Notes under the pieces: model-generated
The model's database searches: none
What the model saw: the letters and a program-made list of their open reading frames with translations, nothing else
What the model was told of the DNA's origin: nothing
Assembly: GCA_963782915.1 (NCBI GenBank)
Contig: CAWALK010000021.1
Coordinates: 1 to 15,986, forward strand
Length of the DNA: 15,986 nucleotides
Reading direction: 5' to 3'
Source: an uncultured archaeon
GTDB lineage: Archaea > Thermoproteota > Bathyarchaeia > Bathyarchaeales > Bathycorpusculaceae
Shown here: one piece after another, positions 1 to 7,792 of the stretch
Numbering within the stretch: position 1 is the first letter of the stretch
Layout of the letters: each line of letters begins with the position of its first letter
Program-made: the position numbers and the translations under genes

Positions 1-297
1 GTTGCGCCTACTCAACCTTACCGCAGAAAAGATGAGAAGGATGAGAAAAACGAAAAGAACGAGAAGAATGAAGACCGCGAGAAACAGGAGAAGGGCGAAC
101 GAGGCTTCGTTGGCTTTTTAATCGGCGGATTGATTCTAATCACCTTCGGCTTGTTCTCTGTATTGCAGCTAAGCAATGCGTTACCCGATTCAGGTCAGAA
201 TTGGGCAATTATGCTATTGATAATCGGAGTCATCATCATAGTCGGCGCAATCTACGTAGCCACAACCGCACGCAAACATACACCAACGCCGAATTAG
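1..297 (+). CDS. C-terminal part of a small membrane protein (charged xEK-repeat segment then two TM helices); 5' end outside window
   Basis: Not in the ORF track. Frame 1 is open from base 1 to TAG 295-297: VAPTQPYRRKDEKDEKNEKNEKNEDREKQEKGERGFVGFLIGGLILITFGLFSVLQLSNALPDSGQNWAIMLLIIGVIIIVGAIYVATTARKHTPTPN*. Its stop overlaps the stop of the convergent GH3 gene. Confidence 0.85.
   Translation, partial: VAPTQPYRRKDEKDEKNEKNEKNEDREKQEKGERGFVGFLIGGLILITFGLFSVLQLSNALPDSGQNWAIMLLIIGVIIIVGAIYVATTARKHTPTPN
31..102 (+). repeat. Degenerate 9-nt coding tandem repeat, 8 units of x-E-(K/D/R)
   Basis: gatgagaag gatgagaaa aacgaaaag aacgagaag aatgaagac cgcgagaaa caggagaag ggcgaacga. Confidence 0.75.
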
Positions 298-1433
298 AGC
301 AGCCAACCCAAAAAGGCTCTGTAGAGACGATGCTCCAAAATGGTAGCGGTGTTGTTTCTTCCGAATATGCGGAAATAGTCTTTTCCTGCCGCTTCAACCA
401 TGTCGCCGATGTCATAACGCGGTAGCATACAGGATGAAACGATTAGTCTGCCCCATTCACCCCGTTTTAGTTCATGGAGCATTTTGACGCCTTTACCTGT
501 AGCGACTTCAAAGAGGTATGCGTCATAGTTCGGGGTTATGTATGGGTAATCGTCCGGTTGTTGCCCAAAGGTGCCTTCGGTGGCGGTGTACATTTCCACG
601 ATGGGGGCGTCGCCATAGTATTTTTTGAGGATCGGGCCATTATTTGAATTGGATTTTGCGTACGCTGGTGCAGAAGAGTGCTTGGGGTTTCCAGATGTCT
701 TTGGGGGATTTGCCATATTTCTGTTTGATGTATCTGGCAAAGCTCAGGATAACGGGGGTTACTCCCATGGTTGCGGTGACGGTTTGGTCCTTTGCCATTT
801 CGTAGACGAGGTCGAAGCGTTTTTCCCAGTCTTTTCTGCCAATCCCGCTGCCGAGTTTGTCGATTTCTTCTTGGCGGGGCAGGAGGCTGACTCGGTCAAA
901 CATGGGGTTTAAGCGTGCGTAGGTGCCGCTGCTGTAGCCGTAGGTTACTTCTTTGCCGTCCATGTTCATGGTGTGGACGCTTGAGGGAAAATTCAGGTTT
1001 AAGATGACGCCTAAGAAGACGTCGTATTTTTTGCGTTTGTAGGCGAAGTTGATGATGGCTCTTGCTCCGCAGCTATAGATTTGTTTTAGGTGGGTTTCTG
1101 TTGCTGGGAGGACTTTGCTGTTTCCTGTTGAGCCGCGGGTCATAACCCAGGTTTGGGGTGGTTCAGGCAAAAACGCCTTGTAACTGCGTTCTCTGACTGC
1201 TTGGAGGTACGGGGCAAGCCCTGCATAGTTTATAATGGGGAAATTCGCCTGATAATCGATGAAACTGCTTATTTTCGAGGCGTTATATTTTGCGCCATAT
1301 TCCGTAGTGGCATATTTGGGTAGCAAATCCGCGAGAACCTTCTCCTGTGCCTTCTGCGGGTTCTGATAGAGTCATACCATGGCTGCACATACGGTTCCAA
1401 AATGCTGTTAATGCTATCAGGGTCAGGCAACAT
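294..1433 (-). CDS. GH3 auxin-responsive-promoter family (ANL adenylating, acyl-acid amido synthetase-like) protein, ~379 aa when repaired; two compensating frameshifts (~1365, ~641)
   Basis: Three ORF fragments join: MLPDPDSINSILEPYVQPWYDSI|QNPQKAQEKVLADLLPKYATTEYG...FPIINY...MTRGSTGNSKVLP...CTSVRKIQFK|YGPILKKYYGDAPIVEMYTATEG...LPRYDIGD. P-loop-like, YxAxEG and RYxxGD motifs match GH3. A true pseudogene cannot be excluded. Confidence 0.8.
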
Positions 1434-1463
1434 AGCGCTCACAACATTGATGGTTGGAATCTG

Positions 1464-1471
1464 CTTATATG
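1464..1471. promoter_or_regulatory. Candidate TATA box in the 85-bp divergent GH3 / R15P isomerase spacer
   Basis: CTTATATG reads CATATAAG on the minus strand, preceded by purine-rich GGAGAAG, ~32 nt before GH3 ATG 1433. Confidence 0.4.
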
Positions 1472-1518
1472 CTTCTCCACAAAATACTAGCATATCCACT
1501 GCTTTAAGGTTGAAGATT

Positions 1519-2439
1519 ATGGGTGACTCTGTAGAAGTTACGGCTGAAAAGATTCGCAGAATTGAAGTTCAAGGCGCAAGAAACGTTGCCATCGCTGCTA
1601 TCAAGGCTTTTCAAACGTTGGCTGAGCAAACTAAGGCAGAAACCAAGCCGCAGCTGCTGTCCGAGTTAAAAGATGCACAGATATTGTTCTCCTCTGCCCG
1701 AGAAACCGAGCCGTTAATGCGCAACGCCATGCGCTACATAATCAACCAAACCCAAAACGCAGAGACCGAAAAAATCGGTGCTCTCCGTGAAGTAGTAATT
1801 GCAAACGCTGATCTGTTCCTCAAGGACTTGGCAGCTTCCAGCCAAAGTGCAGCGGAAATCGGAGCCAAACGCATCGGCGACGGCTCAGTAGTATTCACAC
1901 ATTGCCACAGCTCCACCGTCACCCGCATGCTAGCAAAAGCCAAAGCAGACGGCACAGACTTCCGAGTAATCTGCACAGAAACCCGCCCAGCCTATCAAGG
2001 GAGAATAACCGCAAAAGAGCTGGTTGGTTTAGGGATTGATACTACGTTTATCGTTGATTCAGCTGCACGGACCTTCATGGGCGAAGTTGATGTTGCCTTT
2101 GTTGGCGCTGATGCCATCACCTCGGAGGGTAATGTCGTTAACAAGATCGGCACCAGCGGAATCGCAGTACTCGCCAGTGAAGCCCGTGTACCATTCTATG
2201 TAGTATCTGAACTGCTCAAGTTTGACCCCGAAACTTTGAGCGGCGGCTGCGAAAAAATCGAACAACGCAATCCCAAAGAAGTCTGGGCAGAGGCGCCGCC
2301 GAAACTGACAGTGCGCAACCCCGCTTTTGATGTAACCCCAAACCGCTACATCCACGGCATCATCTGCGAAGAAGGCATAATCCCACCCCAAACCGTTTTG
2401 GAGGTTATGCGTAAACGGTACCCATGGGTTTTCCTCTAA
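1519..2439 (+). CDS. e2b2: Ribose-1,5-bisphosphate isomerase (eIF-2B alpha/beta/delta family)
   Basis: Motifs IEVQGARNVA, THCHSS (catalytic Cys), TETRPAYQG, VGADAI (catalytic Asp), NKIGT, NPAFDVTP. Start moved from 1402 to ATG 1519 (MGDSVEVTAEKI, 306 aa) to avoid overlapping GH3. Confidence 0.85.
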   Translation: MGDSVEVTAEKIRRIEVQGARNVAIAAIKAFQTLAEQTKAETKPQLLSELKDAQILFSSARETEPLMRNAMRYIINQTQNAETEKIGALREVVIANADLFLKDLAASSQSAAEIGAKRIGDGSVVFTHCHSSTVTRMLAKAKADGTDFRVICTETRPAYQGRITAKELVGLGIDTTFIVDSAARTFMGEVDVAFVGADAITSEGNVVNKIGTSGIAVLASEARVPFYVVSELLKFDPETLSGGCEKIEQRNPKEVWAEAPPKLTVRNPAFDVTPNRYIHGIICEEGIIPPQTVLEVMRKRYPWVFL

Positions 2440-2504
2440 GGCCTTAGCCTCAGAGAAGACATGGTGGCAGGAAGAGTCATGTGTCCCGCCCTTTTGGTAA
2501 GGGT

Positions 2505-2671
2505 GTTGCAGGTTAGACGGCTGCAAATGTGCACCATACACAAGTGTTTCTCAATAACCATTGCTAATCTATAGCGCTCACTCAACGAGTGCAGACTACT
2601 TTAACAAAAAAACCTGCCAAGTGTTCTATCCTATATATAAGGGAGGGAGGGGGTCCATCTTGGAGAGCAAC
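2505..2671 (-). repeat. Dispersed non-coding element, copy A (homologous to 10616-10776, inverted)
   Basis: Hand alignment with the reverse complement of copy B gives 72/106 identities without gaps (2505-2610). The TATA block (ctatatataa / ctataaatag) stays in register, and both copies share a G-run and GAGAGCAACA. Ends are GTTGC...GCAAC. Confidence 0.85.
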
Positions 2672-2683
2672 AGAACAAAGAGC

Positions 2684-4459
2684 CTAAGTCATAAATCGCC
2701 TTGGGTCAGTGTCAATATCCACAATCGTTGGCTTAGTAGATTTCAGTGCCTTATCAACAGCTGCTTCGAGTTCTTGAGGCTCCCTGACTTTTATGCCCAT
2801 TCCGCCTGAGTGCTCTGCGAAGTCGGCGAAGTTGTAATCGTGCAGCTCTGTTTGCCAGCCCTCGTAGCCTTCGACTTTCTGTTCCTGCATGATCATGCCA
2901 AGCCGTTTGTTGTTTATGACAAACACTTTCACAGGCAGATTATACTTCAAGGCTGTTAAGAAGTCGCCGAGCACCATCGTTAAGCCTCCATCACCCGTAA
3001 TGCAGATAATCTGTTTTCCTGGATACGCCAACGCAGCTGCTAAAGCTCCCGGCAAGCCAAAACCCATCGTCGCCAACGTGCCGCTCATAACCATCTTCTG
3101 GGTTTTCTTCATGCCGAAGTTGCGTCCGAACCACCAGCAGTTCTCGCCTACATCAAGCGAAATTACTGCGTCGTCGGCGATTTTTTCGTTAAGCACCTTC
3201 ATGATGTACTGTGGCCTGATGGGTTTGGCGGTTGGGTCTGCTTCTTTTAGGAGTTGGGCTTGCCATGCTTGTTTTAGTTGCCCAATCTCTGCAATATACG
3301 CCGCATTATCCTTCTGCGCAACCTTCTCAGTTAGTTTAGGTATCAAAACTGCGCTGTTCCCCAATAGCGAAACCTCAACTGGGTAACGTCGTGCAATCAT
3401 CAAGGGGTTAATGTCGATTTGCACCATGCGTTTCTGGGGTATCTGCGACAAATCCGAGAATGAAGTGCCGATTGCTATGAGCAAATCGGTTTTATCCATG
3501 AGTTGACCTGCTGCGGTTGAACCGACTCCACCATGGCAACCAACATACAACGGTTCGCTGTCATCAACGAAACCTTTGGCGCGGAATGTGGAAATGATCG
3601 GTGCACCAAGCTTCGATGCCAGCTTCAGCAGCTTAGTTCCTTGACCGCGGCAGCCGAAACCAGCCAAAATCACCGGTCTCTGCGCACCATCAATAACTTT
3701 AGCGGCTTTCTCAATCACCCAAGTCTCCTGCCCATAAGCCAAATTCGGCATCCTGCCCTCAAACGGCAACACTTCAGCTTCAAAGGGCAGCTTCTGAACA
3801 TCATTAGGAATCCCAATATGTGCCACACCCTGATCCAACAACGCATGCTTAATCGCCAAAGTAGCCAACGCAGTCGTTTGGTCCTCCGTCATCAGGGTCT
3901 TGTTGTAAACGCTTAATGGCTCAAAGAAGGCTTGTTGGTCGATTTCCTGTGTTGCACCTCGCCCAATCAGTTTACGTGGCACCATACCAGTCAACGCCAA
4001 AACAGGCGAATGATCCAACTGCGCATCATAAAGCCCCGTAACGAGGTTTGTTGCGCCCGGACCGGAAATCCCCAGAACCGCCGCTACATGCCCGGTCAGT
4101 TTGCCATAGGCTGAAGCCATAAAAGCTGCGGTTTCTTCATGGCGAACTTGGATGTATTGGACTTTGCCGTTGGTTTTGCGTATGGCATCGACGACTCCGA
4201 GGGTGGATGTGCCTGGGATTCCGAAGACGTATTTTACTCCCCAAGCAGCAATCTGGCTTATCAGCACATCGGAAACCGTGGTTTCAGTCTTCTTAGGTTT
4301 AGCTTCTTTCTCCCCTTTCTCCTCAGACAAGAGCACAAAAGCCGATTTGGGAGCGCCACAGATTGGGCAAACCCATTCCTTCGGTAAATCAGTAAACTTT
4401 ACTTTTTCTTTAGCATCATCATAAACCCAGTTGCAGACTGTGCATCTGTATTTCGCCAT
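2684..4459 (-). CDS. Thiamine-pyrophosphate-dependent pyruvate oxidase/AHAS-family enzyme with N-terminal rubredoxin domain
   Basis: N-terminal rubredoxin [12 protein letters not shown]...[18 protein letters not shown], then [25 protein letters not shown] and the TPP motif GDGG...NN. SD-like GAGGGT upstream. Confidence 0.9.
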   Translation of the reverse strand: MAKYRCTVCNWVYDDAKEKVKFTDLPKEWVCPICGAPKSAFVLLSEEKGEKEAKPKKTETTVSDVLISQIAAWGVKYVFGIPGTSTLGVVDAIRKTNGKVQYIQVRHEETAAFMASAYGKLTGHVAAVLGISGPGATNLVTGLYDAQLDHSPVLALTGMVPRKLIGRGATQEIDQQAFFEPLSVYNKTLMTEDQTTALATLAIKHALLDQGVAHIGIPNDVQKLPFEAEVLPFEGRMPNLAYGQETWVIEKAAKVIDGAQRPVILAGFGCRGQGTKLLKLASKLGAPIISTFRAKGFVDDSEPLYVGCHGGVGSTAAGQLMDKTDLLIAIGTSFSDLSQIPQKRMVQIDINPLMIARRYPVEVSLLGNSAVLIPKLTEKVAQKDNAAYIAEIGQLKQAWQAQLLKEADPTAKPIRPQYIMKVLNEKIADDAVISLDVGENCWWFGRNFGMKKTQKMVMSGTLATMGFGLPGALAAALAYPGKQIICITGDGGLTMVLGDFLTALKYNLPVKVFVINNKRLGMIMQEQKVEGYEGWQTELHDYNFADFAEHSGGMGIKVREPQELEAAVDKALKSTKPTIVDIDTDPRRFMT

Positions 4460-4574
4460 AAATAACCCTCAAAAACACTTAAAACTAAGCTGTTTCGTCC
4501 TTATCAGTTTTTGCTCACCCGAACAATTCATAAACTTCTCCAACCCACTATTCAACAAGTAGAGGATGTTATTC

Positions 4575-5507
4575 ATGGAGAATTGGGATGTCATAATCGT
4601 TGGCGCTGGTTCAGCCGGATGCGCGGCAGCCATCTATGCAGTACGCAGTGGACTAAAAACATTGGTTTTAGACGAAAAATTCGCTGGTGGAACAATCGCC
4701 GATGCCCCAACCATAGTGAACTATCCTGGATTCGCCGAAATCAGCGGTGGCGAATTGGCGCAGAAGATGGTTGACCATGCACGGAAACTGGGCGCAACTA
4801 TCCATGACGTAGAAGCCGTAACCGCCATGAGCTTATCAGGGGAATCAAAAACTGTAACCACAACCGCAACCACCTACGGAGCCAAAGCCGTCATAGTCGC
4901 TACAGGCTCCCACTACAAAGAGATAGGTGCTAAAGGCGAAAAAGAATTCCGCGGCAGAGGAGTCAGCTACTGTGGAGTCTGCGATGGACCCTTCTTCAAA
5001 AACAAGAATATTTTGGTGGTTGGCGGAGGAAACTCTGCTTGCATAAGTACGCTATACCTTTCTGGGTTGGCAGCGCAAGTTACGGTTATTCATAGAAGGG
5101 AAATGTTCCGCGCCGAAGAATCCCTTGTCAACGATATCAGCACCAAATCTAACGTCAAAATTATCTGGAACACAGAAATTCAAGAAATAAAAGGCGACAA
5201 ACAAGTCCGCTCTGTCACATTAATCGATAACTCCACTGGGCAAAGCAGCGAATTAGCTGTTGATGCGGTGTTTGTGCAGGTCGGCGAAGCCCCAAACAGC
5301 CAACTTGCAGCGGCTGCTGGGGTTGAAGTGGATGAGCATGGCTACATCAAAATCGACATACGCCAACACACTAACCTTGATGGCGTTTTTGGCGCAGGCG
5401 ACATTACCAATCATCCAGTCAAGCAGGTTGGTACAGCTGTTGGGCAAGGTATAACTGCGGCATTGGAAGCGTATGCTTTCATACGTAGACCTTACTACAA
5501 AAAGTAG
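4575..5507 (+). CDS. trxB: Thioredoxin-disulfide reductase (low-MW, NADPH type)
   Basis: GAGSAG FAD motif, GVSYCGVCDG redox CxxC, GGGNSA and HRRxxxR NADPH motifs, GAGDIT. ATG 4575 is preferred over 4566 because GAGGA lies at 4562-4566. Confidence 0.92.
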   Translation: MENWDVIIVGAGSAGCAAAIYAVRSGLKTLVLDEKFAGGTIADAPTIVNYPGFAEISGGELAQKMVDHARKLGATIHDVEAVTAMSLSGESKTVTTTATTYGAKAVIVATGSHYKEIGAKGEKEFRGRGVSYCGVCDGPFFKNKNILVVGGGNSACISTLYLSGLAAQVTVIHRREMFRAEESLVNDISTKSNVKIIWNTEIQEIKGDKQVRSVTLIDNSTGQSSELAVDAVFVQVGEAPNSQLAAAAGVEVDEHGYIKIDIRQHTNLDGVFGAGDITNHPVKQVGTAVGQGITAALEAYAFIRRPYYKK

Positions 5508-5548
5508 TTGTTTGTCACTAGTTTGATTGACAAACAACCTTTTGTCAA
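5507..5548 (+). terminator. 11-bp perfect inverted repeat directly after the trxB stop; terminator/processing hairpin or operator
   Basis: GTTGTTTGTCA-n10-TGACAAACAAC (5507-5538), followed by CTTTTGTCAA. Confidence 0.55.
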
Positions 5549-5635
5549 CAACGCCACCATTCCCACTTGACTTAAAACCCGCCAGATGATACGTTTGTTA
5601 ACTTCGACTTTTATAGGGGATTTTCATAATTTCCA

Positions 5636-5729
5636 GAGGAAGGATTATATGATTCACAAAGCCTTTTTGTGTTTCCAGTTTTAGCCAACACGCTAAAGCC
5701 TTAAAGTTAACCAGGGAAATGCAAGAGGT
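5636..5729 (+). promoter_or_regulatory. Candidate BRE/TATA, inverted repeat and SD of the MvhD-Fd/sudB/sudA operon
   Basis: Purine run GAGGAAGGA, then TTATAT (5645-5650), CACAAA-n5-TTTGTG (5655-5671) and GAGGT SD (5725-5729) before ATG 5736. Confidence 0.45.
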
Positions 5730-5735
5730 TTACCA

Positions 5736-6947
5736 ATGAGTGAGAAATGTCTCGCTGTAGTTGAGGTTAATCAAGACTTATGCAGTAGATGTTATGTTTG
5801 CCAATCCATCTGCCCCTACGAAGCCATAAAACGTGATGCAGAGGGCAAAGTAAACGTTAACATTCAGGATTGCCAAGTCTGTGGCATCTGCTATAGTGCT
5901 TGTCCAGCTTCAGCCATAAAAATGCAATATTACACTTACGATAACCTGACCGATTACCTAAAACAGGCGCAAGCTAAAGCACCCAAAACCGAAACCTTGG
6001 TTTTGATGTGCAGAGGCAACTCGCCAAACAACGGGGAAGTACAAGATATCCTCAAAGAGCAAGGACTCAAAGTCGACGATTATCTTGCATTGCGCTTGCC
6101 ATGTGCAGGCAGAGTTCCAACAGACTTTGTCTTTGAAGCACTAAACTTAGGCATCAAAAACATAGTCTCAGTTCAATGCGAAGACCCATTCTGCCGCTAT
6201 AAAGAAGGCACAAAAATCAACACCCGCAGACTCACACTTGCAAAGAATGTGCTCAAGCAACTCGGCTACGACGAAAACGCAGTCAAAGTTGTGAAGTTCT
6301 CACGCAAAGCAGTATACGACGTCTTGGAATGCGTTGGGTGCGACAAATGCATATTCATCTGCCCATACGGAGCATTAGAATTCGAATCCTTCGCCACCCC
6401 AAAAATCAACGAAGACAAATGCGTCGGCTGCGGCGCATGCCAACTGGTCTGTCCACACCACGCCATCCAAGTCAAAGGCTTCGAATTCGAAAACGTCCTC
6501 AAACGCTATGGCGACTGCGCAGCACAAGTCAAAGCCAAACTCAACGGTCCAGCTGTGCTCGCATTTGTTTGTCAATGGTCAGAATTCTCAGCACTGGACA
6601 ACCCCAACAAAGCATTCGAAGGCAAAAACGTCCTGGCACTCGAAGTTCCATGCTTCAAATCCCTCGACCCAGTCCACGTAGTCAACGCATTAAACTGCGG
6701 ATTCGACGGAGTCATGGCAGTAGTCTGCTCATCCAAAGACTGCAAACTACAGGAAGGAAGAGACACCGCAGAACGCAACCTAGCCGTAATCCTCGACGTA
6801 CTTAAAAAGAAAGGCTTACTAGACAGATTCCAACTCTACGAGGAATCACCACGCTGCCAAGGCGACTTCGAACAGAAACTCGAAGATTTCTACCAAAAAA
6901 TCTCTTCTCTACCAAAAACCGAAGCTAAAGTGGAGGACAAGCAGTAA
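5736..6947 (+). CDS. Iron-sulfur protein of two tandem modules, each a 2[4Fe-4S] ferredoxin plus an MvhD/FlpD-like [2Fe-2S] domain
   Basis: Four CxxCxxCxxxCP motifs (CSRCYVCQSICP, CQVCGICYSACP, CVGCDKCIFICP, CVGCGACQLVCP). MvhD-like segments LMCR..RLPCAGRV..QCEDPFCRYKEG and FVCQWS..VPCFKSLD..GFDGVMAVVCSSKDCKLQEG. Confidence 0.88.
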   Translation: MSEKCLAVVEVNQDLCSRCYVCQSICPYEAIKRDAEGKVNVNIQDCQVCGICYSACPASAIKMQYYTYDNLTDYLKQAQAKAPKTETLVLMCRGNSPNNGEVQDILKEQGLKVDDYLALRLPCAGRVPTDFVFEALNLGIKNIVSVQCEDPFCRYKEGTKINTRRLTLAKNVLKQLGYDENAVKVVKFSRKAVYDVLECVGCDKCIFICPYGALEFESFATPKINEDKCVGCGACQLVCPHHAIQVKGFEFENVLKRYGDCAAQVKAKLNGPAVLAFVCQWSEFSALDNPNKAFEGKNVLALEVPCFKSLDPVHVVNALNCGFDGVMAVVCSSKDCKLQEGRDTAERNLAVILDVLKKKGLLDRFQLYEESPRCQGDFEQKLEDFYQKISSLPKTEAKVEDKQ

Positions 6948-7792
6948 TGTACAAAATCATCACCAAAACCGAACTGGTACCAAAGATAAAACTCTTCGAA
7001 GTAGAAGCACCCGATGTCGCAGCTAAATCACATCCTGGACAATTCCTAATAGTAATCCACGGCGAAAAAGGCGAACGCATCCCATTAACCATCGCAGGCT
7101 ATGACGCCAAGAAGGGCACAGTTTCGTTTGCTTTCCATGAAGTCGGCAAAACCACCAAAGACCTGGGCAAACTTGAGCAGGGTCAAGAAATCGGCAACGT
7201 CACAGGTCCATTGGGCAATCCGTCCGAAATCAAAAATTATGGTAAAGTGCTTTGTGTCGGCGGCAGCGTCATGATAGCTCCATTACTGTTGCAGTCTAAA
7301 GCGATGAAAGAAGCAGGCAACCACGTAACCACTGTTCTCGGTGCACGTAGCGAACCCTTCATAATGATGGAAGAAGAAGCCAAAGCATACAGCCACAAAG
7401 TCATCATCTCAACAGACGACGGCTCAAAAGGCTACCAAGGCTTAGATTTCCTCAAAGAACTCTGCGAGAAAGAAAAGTTTGACCGCTGCGTCGTAATGGG
7501 ACCAGTCATACTCATGAAAGACGTAAGCGCCATCACAAAAGCCTACAACATCCCCACAGTCGTCACCTTAACACCCATCATGATTGACGGTATGGGCATG
7601 TGCGGTGTCTGCCGCGTTACAGTCGGCGGAAAAATGATGTTCGGCTGCGTGGATGGAGCAGAATTCGATGGTCACCTAGTAGATTTTGACGAATTAATCC
7701 TAAGACAACGCACAATGCTTCCTGAAGAACGGTTAAGCAGTGTGTTGGCAGATATGAAGGGAGGTTGCAAGTGTGGCAGAAATAAAGCCTAA
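6947..7792 (+). CDS. sudB: SudB/NfnA (small subunit of the ferredoxin:NADP reductase / NfnAB transhydrogenase family; FAD, [2Fe-2S])
   Basis: PGQF, GERIPLTI, VGKTT, GPLGNP, TDDGSKG and MIDGMGMCGVCRV...CVDG (Asp + 3 Cys cluster ligands). Start overlaps the upstream stop (TAATG). Confidence 0.9.
   Translation: MYKIITKTELVPKIKLFEVEAPDVAAKSHPGQFLIVIHGEKGERIPLTIAGYDAKKGTVSFAFHEVGKTTKDLGKLEQGQEIGNVTGPLGNPSEIKNYGKVLCVGGSVMIAPLLLQSKAMKEAGNHVTTVLGARSEPFIMMEEEAKAYSHKVIISTDDGSKGYQGLDFLKELCEKEKFDRCVVMGPVILMKDVSAITKAYNIPTVVTLTPIMIDGMGMCGVCRVTVGGKMMFGCVDGAEFDGHLVDFDELILRQRTMLPEERLSSVLADMKGGCKCGRNKA

Noticed and set aside
640-642. Stop-codon readthrough (Sec/Pyl) in GH3
   Set aside because: The stop is TAA and the continuation is in another frame.
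1402-2439. MtnA or translation factor eIF-2B call, and the 1402 start
   Set aside because: THCHSS/ETRPxxQG fits R15P isomerase rather than MtnA (HCNxG, ETRPxxQGARLT). The longer start overlaps the divergent GH3 gene.
2505-2671. Calling the dispersed element a confirmed MITE/IS
   Set aside because: The inverted termini are only 5-6 bp, there is no target-site duplication or transposase, and the copies are ~30% diverged; left as an unclassified repeat.
5630-5680. TTCCAGAGGAA and TTCCAGTT resembling archaeal ORB/mini-ORB origin boxes
   Set aside because: No following G-string, no inverted ORB pair around an AT-rich unwinding element, and no cdc6/orc1 in the window; better read as the operon promoter.
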